This document shows positions 27,428 to 34,726 of a stretch of 64,000 bases of DNA, in pieces (position 1 is the stretch's first letter; every line of letters starts with the position of its first letter). A program made the position numbers and the translations under genes. Location of the stretch: IMG/VR virus record IMGVR_UViG_3300028800_000012, positions 1 through 64,000 of that record; one strand, 5' to 3'. This stretch comes from a virus. The notes beneath the pieces were generated by a model that made no database searches, was not told where the DNA came from, and worked only from the letters and a program-made list of their open reading frames with translations.

Positions 27428-27831
27428 TGCAGCGCCTCGATCCAGACGCCGCGTTTTTCGAGGACTGGTCCGCATGGGCCAGTCTCGACGATCTACCGGA
27501 GCGTCCGACCAACGGTAACGGCGAGGCGGTGATTTACGGCCATCGAGCGTGGGGCAATTGGTCGGAGTATTATTGCGATCTGCGGCACGGTCGCGGCTGG
27601 GCTGGCGGCCCGCATTTTGAGATTGCCGTGCCGTGCAACGGCCCGATTGTTGACATGGTGCGTCGCCTGCCAGGGGCACGGCAGCACCCCAGCCTATGGG
27701 GCACACATCAAGTCTCGCTGAGCAGGCTGCGCTACACATGGCAAGTACCTGCGCAGCATTGGCGCGCGGTGCGCGCTGCCCTACCGGCCATCAAAGCAGC
27801 AACCGTCAAATGGGTGAGGACGCCACGATGA
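27427..27831 (+). CDS. Passenger ORF in element 2
   Basis: 134 aa; ATGA overlap with transposase. Confidence 0.6.
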   Translation: MQRLDPDAAFFEDWSAWASLDDLPERPTNGNGEAVIYGHRAWGNWSEYYCDLRHGRGWAGGPHFEIAVPCNGPIVDMVRRLPGARQHPSLWGTHQVSLSRLRYTWQVPAQHWRAVRAALPAIKAATVKWVRTPR

Positions 27832-28871
27832 TGGCCCCCGCTACTGCCGATGTGCATGCCTGGGAGCATCTGCCGTTTCCCAAATCGCTCCCGCAGTTCC
27901 AAAAGTTTTTCCCGGATAACGAGCGGTGCGCCCGTTACCTTGAGGGCGCACGCTGGCCGCGCGGCTTTGAATGCCCTCACTGCGGCAAGAAAGGCGAGCC
28001 GTTTAGATTTGAGTCCCGGCCCGGTGTGCTCCGCTGTCGAGACTGCCGCCGCGACATATCGCTGACGGCAGGCACCGTCATGGAGCGCACGCATACGCCG
28101 CTGACAACGTGGTTTTGGGCCGCCTATCTCGTATCGTCGATGACGCCTGGGCTGTCGGCAGTCCAATTCCAGCGCCAACTCGGATTGAGCCGCTACGAAA
28201 CCGCGTTTCAAATTTTGCACAAGCTGCGGGCCGGGATGGTCCGGCCCGACCGCGACAAGATCGGCGGGAATCTCGCGCGCAAGGATCATGTTGAGGTTGA
28301 TGAGACTTGGATCGGCGGGGCCACGCGCGGCGAAGGCCGGGGCGTCCACGATCAAACGCTCGTTATCGGCGCGGTCGAGGTCCGGCAGCGCCCGCCGAAA
28401 AAGGGCGACAAACCGGAGCGCAAGGGCGGGCGCTACGCTGGACGCCTGCGCCTGGACGTGGTGCCGGATCGCACTGCAAAATCGCTGTGCGGTTTTGTCG
28501 AGCAAGCGGTAGAGCCGGGCGCGATCATCATTACGGACGCGGCTCCGAGCTATGCTGGCCTCGACAAGCTCGGCTACGCGCACCTGCCGGTGGTCGAGGC
28601 CGCCAACCCAGAAGTGGCGGAAGAATATCTGCCGATCATCCACCTCGCGTTTAGCAATCTCAAAAGCTGGTTGCGCGGCACGCACCACGGCGTCTCGCCG
28701 CAGCATCTGCAAGCTTACCTCAACGAGTTTGCTTTCCGCTTTAACCGGCGGTTCTACCCGTTCAACGCCTTCCGCTCGCTGCTCGGCATCGGCGCGAACG
28801 GCGAGTCCCCGACCTACGACGGCCTTTACAGCGGCGACTGGAAACACCCCAGCGTTAGCGGTCATGGGTGA
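27828..28871 (+). CDS. IS1595-family transposase
   Basis: Zn finger CPHCGKKGEPFRF...CRDCRRDISLTAGTVMERTHTPL; VDETWIGG; close paralogue of 31157-32197. Confidence 0.93.
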   Translation: MMAPATADVHAWEHLPFPKSLPQFQKFFPDNERCARYLEGARWPRGFECPHCGKKGEPFRFESRPGVLRCRDCRRDISLTAGTVMERTHTPLTTWFWAAYLVSSMTPGLSAVQFQRQLGLSRYETAFQILHKLRAGMVRPDRDKIGGNLARKDHVEVDETWIGGATRGEGRGVHDQTLVIGAVEVRQRPPKKGDKPERKGGRYAGRLRLDVVPDRTAKSLCGFVEQAVEPGAIIITDAAPSYAGLDKLGYAHLPVVEAANPEVAEEYLPIIHLAFSNLKSWLRGTHHGVSPQHLQAYLNEFAFRFNRRFYPFNAFRSLLGIGANGESPTYDGLYSGDWKHPSVSGHG

Positions 28872-28897
28872 CAACCGGATAGGCATGGAGAGAACAG

Positions 28898-29434
28898 ATG
28901 CGATTTGAGGTCGGACAGAAGATTTGGATTGCCGAGTTTTCCCCGCTCGCGCCGGAGCATGTGACCTGCCCCGACTGCGGCGGCACTGGACGGCTCCGTG
29001 TCTCGTTCCACGACGAGACGCAGGTTTCGATCGATTGCCGAAACTGCGCGCCGGGATATGAGGCGCCGACCGGCTGGATAATCGTTCACCGCCAGAAGGC
29101 ATCCGCGCGACAGGCAACAATCACCGGCCTCGAAATGAACGGCACCAAAGTGCGGTGGCACGCTGACGGGACGGAGAACTGCTGGCGCCAAGTCGATGAC
29201 GACGAGGTTTTCGACACGGAGGCCGACGCCATCGCGTTCGCTCAGCGCAAAGCGAAGGAGTGGGAGGACCGCGAGCGGGCCAAGATTTTCGAGAAGGAGA
29301 AGGACTCGAAAACCTGGGCTTGGAACGCGAGCTATCACCGCCGCTGCCTGAAAGAGGCACAAAGGCAGGTCGAATACCACACTTCAAAATTGAACGTGGC
29401 CTCTCTCAAGGCCAAGGAAAAGGTTGAGGCGTGA
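28898..29434 (+). CDS. Hypothetical zinc-ribbon protein
   Basis: CPDCGGTGRLRV...CRNCAPG; C-terminal coiled region. Confidence 0.65.
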   Translation: MRFEVGQKIWIAEFSPLAPEHVTCPDCGGTGRLRVSFHDETQVSIDCRNCAPGYEAPTGWIIVHRQKASARQATITGLEMNGTKVRWHADGTENCWRQVDDDEVFDTEADAIAFAQRKAKEWEDRERAKIFEKEKDSKTWAWNASYHRRCLKEAQRQVEYHTSKLNVASLKAKEKVEA

Positions 29435-29463
29435 ATATCGCCCCACTGGCACGGAGAACTCAC

Positions 29464-29571
29464 ATGTCATTTCTAGGAGTAGTCGGAACCGTCGTTCTTG
29501 TGCTGATTGTTCTCGCCGTGCTTGGCTGGCTCATCTCTTGGTTCATTTCAGGAATTGATCTGAGCCACTGA
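29464..29571 (+). CDS. Small single-TM protein
   Basis: MSFLGVVGTVVLVLIVLAVLGWLISWFISGIDLSH. Confidence 0.5.
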   Translation: MSFLGVVGTVVLVLIVLAVLGWLISWFISGIDLSH

Positions 29572-29580
29572 TATCGGGTG

Positions 29581-29793
29581 ATGACTGCCATGAGCGACAA
29601 ACCGGACCCATACAATGACGGCTACACCCACGAGGCGCTGCACACGGCGCATGTCGTGTGCGACGTGTGGGATCAGCACGTCACTGACACCCGCTGCGCC
29701 GAACAATTCCCGGACGTGAAGGCCGCTTGCGAGAAGGCCGCGCAGGCAATGTACGACGCCTACCAGCTCATCGGCCAGAAATTCAGCGAATAG
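29581..29793 (+). CDS. Hypothetical protein
   Basis: MTAMSDKPDPYNDGYTHEALHTAHVV... Confidence 0.6.
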   Translation: MTAMSDKPDPYNDGYTHEALHTAHVVCDVWDQHVTDTRCAEQFPDVKAACEKAAQAMYDAYQLIGQKFSE

Positions 29794-29876
29794 CGTTCAT
29801 CGCACAACAATGTAAGCAACTGAAATTGTGAGGTTGGTGCGCCTCGACCATTCTCAGGGGCATTGGAGAAGCGAAA

Positions 29877-30185
29877 GTGATAAACCATCCGAACCGCAAG
29901 AAGCAGAACGGGGAACGCGCCGTTGTCGTGACGACGCAGCACAAGGGGGTGTTCTTCGGTTATGCGAAGGATACCGATGGAGCGATCATCAACCTGCGCG
30001 CCGGCCGCAACTGCCTATACTGGTCGCAAGGCGTGAAGGGCTTCATCGGACTCGCCGCCGATGGCCCGGATAAGCAGTGCCGCATTGGCCCGGCCGCAGA
30101 CATCGCATTGCGCGACATTACGAGCGTCGTGGAATGCACGCCCGCCGCCGTCCAGGCTTGGGAGAATGCCCCGTGGTCGCGGTAG
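29877..30185 (+). CDS. Hypothetical protein
   Basis: 102 aa, overlaps next GTG start. Confidence 0.6.
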   Translation: MINHPNRKKQNGERAVVVTTQHKGVFFGYAKDTDGAIINLRAGRNCLYWSQGVKGFIGLAADGPDKQCRIGPAADIALRDITSVVECTPAAVQAWENAPWSR

Positions 30186-30952
30186 CAACCCAAATTGTCC
30201 TTAGAGGCGAGCCAGCGAAGCTGGCGAGCCTTTACGGCTACGGCTACGGCTCCGGCTACGGCTCCGGCTACGGCTCCGGCTACGGCTCCGGCTACGGCTC
30301 CGGCTACGGCTCCGGCTACGGCTACGGCTACGGCTACGGCTCCGGCTACGGCTCCGGCTACGGCTCCGGCTACGGCTACGGCTCCGGCTACGGCTCCGGC
30401 TACGGCGACGGCTCCGGCGACGGCTACGGCTACGGCTACGGCTCCGGCTACGGCTCCGGCGACGGCTCCGGCGACGGCTACGGCGACGGCTCCGGCGACG
30501 GCTCCGGCTACGGCTACGGCTCCGGCGACGGCTCCGGCTACGGCTCCGGCTCCGGCGACGGCTCCGGCTCCGGCTACGGCTCCGGCTCCGGCTACGGCTC
30601 GAAAGAATATTGGGCCGCTACCATACCACACTTCGCGGCGAAGTGGTCGATGGAGCAGCAAGAACGAGTGCGTGCTGCACAGGAAGCAGGCGCAACACTC
30701 GCGTTCTGGCGATCGGACAAGTCGGGCCAGCCGGCAAACAACGGCGGCCGCATGGAAGCCGCTGCGCCTGGCGTCGTTCACACCGCGCCCGGTCCACTCA
30801 GCCTGTGCAGTCGCGGAACGCTTCACGCAACGCTTATTCCGCCGAAGTGGAAAGGCGAGCGTTGGTGGATCGTCGCGATGTACGGAGAAGTCGAGTGGCA
30901 GGACGACAAATGCGGATCACTCAAGCGCGAAATCTTGGGGGAGGCTCTTTAG
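30172..30952 (+). CDS. Phage protein with long (G-Y/S/D) dipeptide repeat and conserved C-terminal domain
   Basis: Frame after repeat reads ATLAFWRSDKSGQPANNGG...VHTAPGPLSLCSRGTLHATLIPPKWKGERWWIVAMYGEVEWQDDKCGSLKREILGE, a recurrent phage C-terminal domain. Confidence 0.75.
30232..30601. repeat. Hexanucleotide tandem repeat GGCTAC/GGCTCC/GGCGAC (about 60 units)
   Basis: Read directly; only the second codon of each unit varies (TAC, TCC, GAC). Confidence 0.95.
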
Positions 30953-31156
30953 CCTCTCTCAATTTCAACGCCGCGAGTCTCACATACACAGACACGCCAT
31001 GCACAGAAGATACGACGACATCTTAGACCGCATTGATGAGCCGCCGATTTGGTTCGATGAATGCGCTGTTCCGCGCTATTGTAAGTTCAGCCCGGACATG
31101 GCGTCGAACATATCATGCTTTTCGGGTTTCCACATACAAGCCCCATAGGTTGATGG

Positions 31157-32197
31157 TCAGCCATGATGACTAGCCATCGTCGGATGTTTCCACTCGCCGC
31201 TGTAGAGCCCGTCATAGGTCGGGCTTTCACCGTTCGCGCCGATGCCGAGCAAACTGCGGAAGGCGTTGAACGGGTAGAAGCGGCGGTTGAACCGGAAAAC
31301 GAACTCGTTGAGGTAGGCTTGCAGATGCTTGGGGCTCACGCGCCCGTGGTGTGTCCCTTGCAGCCACGCCTTGAGGTTCGAAAAGACAAGGTGAACGATG
31401 GGCAGATATTCTTCGGCCACGTTCGGGTCGTTCCCCTCGACAACCGGCAAGTGCTGATAGCCGAGCGCGGGCAGGCCGTTGTAGCCGCCCCAGGCGTCGG
31501 TAATGATCATCGCGCCCGGTTCAACCGCCTGTTCTACAAATCCGGTCAGCGACTTAGCACCGCGCGTCGGCACGATTCCCAGCCGCAGGCGGCCAGCATA
31601 GCGCCCGCCGCGCCGCATGGGCTTGTCGCCTTTCTTGGCCGGTCGGGTGCGGACCTCGACGGCGGCCATGACCAGCGTTTGCCCTTGCGGGCCGCGCCCT
31701 TGGCCGCGCACCGCGCCGCCAACGTAGGTTTCGTCAACCTCGACGTGGTCGCCGCGCCCAAGGTTGCCGCCGATCCGGTCCCGGTTCTGCCGGACCATTC
31801 CGGCCCGCAGCTTGTGCAGGATTTGGAAGGCTGTTTCGCGGGTCAAGCCAAGCTGGCGCTCGAATTGAACCGTCGAAATGCCGGGCGTCACGGTCGAAAC
31901 GAGGTATGCACCCCAAAACCACACCGTCAGTGGCGTATGGGTGCGCTGCATCACGGTCCCGACCGTCAGCGACGTTTGCTTGCGGCAGGCGCGGCACGTC
32001 AGGACCGTCTTGCGGGTTGCCATGCGGAAGGGCTCGCCCTTCTCGCCGCAATGCGGGCAGACAAAGCCTTTCGGCCACTTTGCGCCCTCAAGCCATCGGG
32101 CGCACGCGTCATCATCGGGAAAGAGCCGCTGGAAGTCCCGGAGCGACTTCGGGAACGGCAGGTTCTCCCATTGGAGAACGTCGGCGTGGGGAGGCAT
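31157..32197 (-). CDS. IS1595-family transposase
   Basis: CPHCGEKGEPFRM...CRACRKQTSLTVGTVMQRTHTPL; VDETYVGG. Confidence 0.93.
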   Translation of the reverse strand: MPPHADVLQWENLPFPKSLRDFQRLFPDDDACARWLEGAKWPKGFVCPHCGEKGEPFRMATRKTVLTCRACRKQTSLTVGTVMQRTHTPLTVWFWGAYLVSTVTPGISTVQFERQLGLTRETAFQILHKLRAGMVRQNRDRIGGNLGRGDHVEVDETYVGGAVRGQGRGPQGQTLVMAAVEVRTRPAKKGDKPMRRGGRYAGRLRLGIVPTRGAKSLTGFVEQAVEPGAMIITDAWGGYNGLPALGYQHLPVVEGNDPNVAEEYLPIVHLVFSNLKAWLQGTHHGRVSPKHLQAYLNEFVFRFNRRFYPFNAFRSLLGIGANGESPTYDGLYSGEWKHPTMASHHG

Positions 32198-32305
32198 TTA
32201 CGCGACCTCCCCGGATTTGCAGCCGCGCTGTTCCCGTTCGACCGGATCGGTCGGGCAGCTAAAGTCAATGTGTTCGGGATAGCCGGGATATCCGTGGGCG
32301 GGCAT
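32198..32305 (-). CDS. Small passenger ORF in element 3
   Basis: MPAHGYPGYPEHIDFSCPTDPVEREQRGCKSGEVA, directly abuts transposase start. Confidence 0.4.
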   Translation of the reverse strand: MPAHGYPGYPEHIDFSCPTDPVEREQRGCKSGEVA

Positions 32306-32560
32306 TTATTCGCCCTCCCATATGACGGTCCGAAGACGGCATGCCATCTGCAAGTCATCCTCAGACGGATAAATGTCGTGGGTCGTCCACTCAAAGAAAC
32401 GCCCATCATATTGCGACCATGTGCTTTTCACAGCGTACCAGCCGCCATCGTCCGGCGAATAGACGTTTCGAATTGTCGTATGGCCATCCGGAATGGCTGT
32501 CCGCTTCGGAGGCGTGGCCCGCTTACCGCGCCCCTTCATCTGCTCAGTCGTCCCCTTCAT
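32306..32560 (-). CDS. Passenger ORF in element 3
   Basis: 84 aa, same strand as transposase, inside TIRs. Confidence 0.5.
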   Translation of the reverse strand: MKGTTEQMKGRGKRATPPKRTAIPDGHTTIRNVYSPDDGGWYAVKSTWSQYDGRFFEWTTHDIYPSEDDLQMACRLRTVIWEGE

Positions 32561-32998
32561 CTAACCCTCCATAGGGAGCGGGGCGGAATGCCCCGGAACG
32601 CCCATGGTACTAGCATATGGGGCTGTATGTGTCAACCAGAAAAGCATGGAACATATATGCCGACGAATGCGCACTGGTCCACATCGCGTGTCAGAACTGC
32701 GGCCACCAGTTTCACGTCTGCTTTAGCGATTCCAAGTCTCAGAGGATGTTGGAGCGCGCCAGCGGGATGCGGGAGCGGCGCACGCTGGCCGACGCGATCA
32801 GGGCCAAGACGATCCACTACGGCGACCCGCCGAACGTTGATTGTTGCGCTGCTGGCCCGACCATGAACTGCGATGACATCCAAGTTCTCGAATACTGGCA
32901 CCGCCCAGATTTTGAATGGACGCGCGTGCCCGAGTTGGAAATCTCGGTCGAGGACGAGAAAGACAGCGAAACCGCGATAACCACATAAGAGCAACGCC

Positions 32999-33190
32999 AT
33001 GAACATTCCCGGATACGACGCATGGAAAACGATGTCGCCCGACGAGGACGATCCTCGCTGCGAGTTCTGCGGCGCGAGCGAACGCGAGTCTAGTAAGGGC
33101 TGGGCGCCGAGGGCCTGTACGGGCGAGTGCGGCACGTCCTGGCGTGACCCTGACTATGAATACGAACAGATGCGCGACGATGGACGATAG
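32999..33190 (+). CDS. Hypothetical small zinc-binding protein
   Basis: CEFCGASERESSKGWAPRACTGECG. Confidence 0.5.
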   Translation: MNIPGYDAWKTMSPDEDDPRCEFCGASERESSKGWAPRACTGECGTSWRDPDYEYEQMRDDGR

Positions 33191-33392
33191 GTGCATCATC
33201 TGCGGAGGCGTGCTGACGTTCCAGCACGATCATTGGCCAGATCAATCAGGGCTTGATGACGGGCCGCCGCTCCCCGGCCACAGAACTTACACCCGACGCG
33301 CACCGCCAAAGCCAGCGGCGGAATTGAGTGACATCCGCCGCCGAGCTTGGCAGACCCGCCGAGAGAAGTACGGGCAATACGGCCACAGTTGA
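33180..33392 (+). CDS. Hypothetical protein
   Basis: MDDRCIICGGVLTFQHDHWPDQS..., overlaps previous gene. Confidence 0.5.
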   Translation: MDDRCIICGGVLTFQHDHWPDQSGLDDGPPLPGHRTYTRRAPPKPAAELSDIRRRAWQTRREKYGQYGHS

Positions 33393-33431
33393 AAAGTTCA
33401 AGACCGCAGTAACCATAAACGAACAGCGCCG

Positions 33432-33800
33432 ATGAACGAACCGCGCATAGACGATACCGACCCTATCACGCTGCAAGAGGCGTGCGAGATAGTATTCCGG
33501 GGAACGTGCACGGTTTACACCTTGCGGGCGGAAGCGGCGCGCGGCAGGCTTGAGATAGCCAAGATCGGGAAGCGCTACTATACGACCCTCCGCGCTGCCC
33601 GTGGCCTGTACGTCAAATGCCTCGAAGGAAATCCCCGCCCCGGCTCTATCTTGACCCAAAGCGAAAGCAGTGGGTCATCCGCGACGGCGCAGACTTCATC
33701 CGCACGGGCCGCTCTGAGGCAGAGCGTGACAGCGCTGAAAGGGTCCTCGCAAAGTACCTCGGGCAGAAGCATCAGCCGGAGCGTGGCCCGTCGCCACTGA
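33432..33800 (+). CDS. Excisionase/AlpA-like HTH protein
   Basis: ITLQEACEIVFRGTCTVYTLRAEAARGRLEIAKIGKRYYTT; 184-nt overlap with integrase. Confidence 0.65.
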   Translation: MNEPRIDDTDPITLQEACEIVFRGTCTVYTLRAEAARGRLEIAKIGKRYYTTLRAARGLYVKCLEGNPRPGSILTQSESSGSSATAQTSSARAALRQSVTALKGSSQSTSGRSISRSVARRH

Positions 33801-34612
33801 TAGCCGATATGCTGCTGGCCTATACCAGAGAGCACGTCCCGCACACGCGATCGGCAGCAAGTGCGGCCTATCACATCGGTAGCCTGGAGGCGTGGTGGGG
33901 CGACAAGCGATTGGCCGACGTGACCCCGGAAAACTGCCGCGCGTATGCGACCGGCCGCAAGGCTTACGGCGCCCGGCGCGACCTTGAGGTCCTGCGAGCT
34001 GCAATCAACCACTGGCACAGGCACCACGGCCCGCTGCCGGCGGTCCCGACCGTAATCCTCCCGGAGAAAGCCGCCCCGCGCGAGCGATGGTTGACCCGTT
34101 CGGAGGCGGCGAAGCTGCTATGGGCGGCCCGGCGCACTCCGCACCTTGCCCGGTTTATCCTGCTCGGGCTCTACACAGGCTCCCGCTCGGGCGTGATTCT
34201 GGGGGCCAAGTGGGACCAGATTGACCTTGAAAAAGGGCTGATGCGCCGCATTGCCCTTGGGAAGGCCCAGGATAAGCGCAAGCGCGCTCCGACAGTTCGG
34301 CTCGGAAAACGGATTTTAACGCATCTCCGCCGCTGGAAACGGCACGATGATCCCCGAGTCGGGTATCTGTGCCATTACAACGGTGCGCGGGTGCAGAAGA
34401 TGCGCCGGTCGTGGGCTGCGGCACGGAAGCGGGCCAAGCTAGACGCCACGGTGACGCCGCACGTTCTGCGGCATACCAGGGCGACATGGCTGATGCAGGC
34501 CGGGATCGATGTATGGGAGGCCGCTGGGCACTTGGGGATGACGCCGGAGACGCTGCAAAACGTCTATGGAAAACATCACCCCGACTACCAAAAGCGGGCC
34601 GCGGAGGTGTAG
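33617..34612 (+). CDS. int: Tyrosine integrase
   Basis: LGLYTGSRSGVILGAKW...TPHVLRHTRATWLMQAGIDVWEAAGHLGMTPETLQNVYGKHHP. Confidence 0.95.
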   Translation: MPRRKSPPRLYLDPKRKQWVIRDGADFIRTGRSEAERDSAERVLAKYLGQKHQPERGPSPLIADMLLAYTREHVPHTRSAASAAYHIGSLEAWWGDKRLADVTPENCRAYATGRKAYGARRDLEVLRAAINHWHRHHGPLPAVPTVILPEKAAPRERWLTRSEAAKLLWAARRTPHLARFILLGLYTGSRSGVILGAKWDQIDLEKGLMRRIALGKAQDKRKRAPTVRLGKRILTHLRRWKRHDDPRVGYLCHYNGARVQKMRRSWAAARKRAKLDATVTPHVLRHTRATWLMQAGIDVWEAAGHLGMTPETLQNVYGKHHPDYQKRAAEV

Positions 34613-34616
34613 TTCT

Positions 34617-34634
34617 AGTGCCGTTTCTGTGCCA
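34617..34634. promoter_or_regulatory. Putative integrase arm-type site 1 (AGTGCCGTTTCTGTGCCA)
   Basis: 16/18 identical to 34769-34786; flanks attP core. Confidence 0.45.
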
Positions 34635-34637
34635 AGA

Positions 34638-34682
34638 TGGTCGGAGTGGCAGGATTTGAACCTGCGACCCCCACGTCCCGAA
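34638..34682 (-). promoter_or_regulatory. attP: attP core = 3' 45 nt of tRNA-Pro (CGG), anticodon loop to CCA
   Basis: Reverse complement TTCGGGACGTGGGGGTCGCAGGTTCAAATCCTGCCACTCCGACCA; adjacent to int; 5' half of tRNA absent. Confidence 0.88.
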
Positions 34683-34726
34683 CGGGAATGCCGGTAGCTA
34701 AGTAATTGATTTTGCGCGAGAGACGA

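Larger units (their letters stand above)
26806..28887 (+). mobile_element. IS1595-like element with three passenger ORFs and transposase (element 2)
   Basis: TIR CATGCCTATCCGGTTG 26806-26821 and inverted 28872-28887; perfect 8-bp TSD GAGAGAAC at 26798-26805 and 28888-28895. Confidence 0.93.
31114..32648 (-). mobile_element. IS1595-like element 3
   Basis: TIRs catgcttttcgggtttccacatacaagccccata / catgcttttctggttgacacatacagccccata; perfect 8-bp TSD GAACATAT at 31106-31113 and 32649-32656. Confidence 0.95.
30999..32988 (+). pseudogene. Phage gene interrupted by element 3
   Basis: Removing 31114-32656 joins MHRRYDDILDRIDEPPIWFDECAVPRYCKFSPDMASN-IYADECALVHIACQNCGHQFHVCF... in frame (148 aa). Confidence 0.88.

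Noticed and set aside
27732-29120. 462-aa minus ORF
   Set aside because: Antisense shadow of the element 2 transposase.
30232-30601. CRISPR array or VNTR-type spacer array
   Set aside because: Continuous 6-bp period without spacers, in coding frame.
29960-30826. 288-aa minus Ala/Val/Gly repeat ORF
   Set aside because: Stop-free only because of the hexanucleotide repeat; the plus frame 30172-30952 has the recognisable C-terminal domain.
30195-31148. 317-aa plus Ala-Thr/Pro repeat ORF
   Set aside because: Alternate frame of the same repeat, running artefactually through the element 3 TIR.
31163-32866. 567-aa plus ORF
   Set aside because: Antisense shadow of the element 3 transposase and passenger ORFs; no recognisable domain.
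32617-32988. ORF MGLYVSTRKAWNIYADEC... as an intact gene
   Set aside because: Its first codons are the element 3 TIR and TSD; it is the 3' part of an interrupted gene.
34638-34682. Complete tRNA gene
   Set aside because: Only the 3' part is present; upstream sequence does not form the D-arm or acceptor 5' strand.
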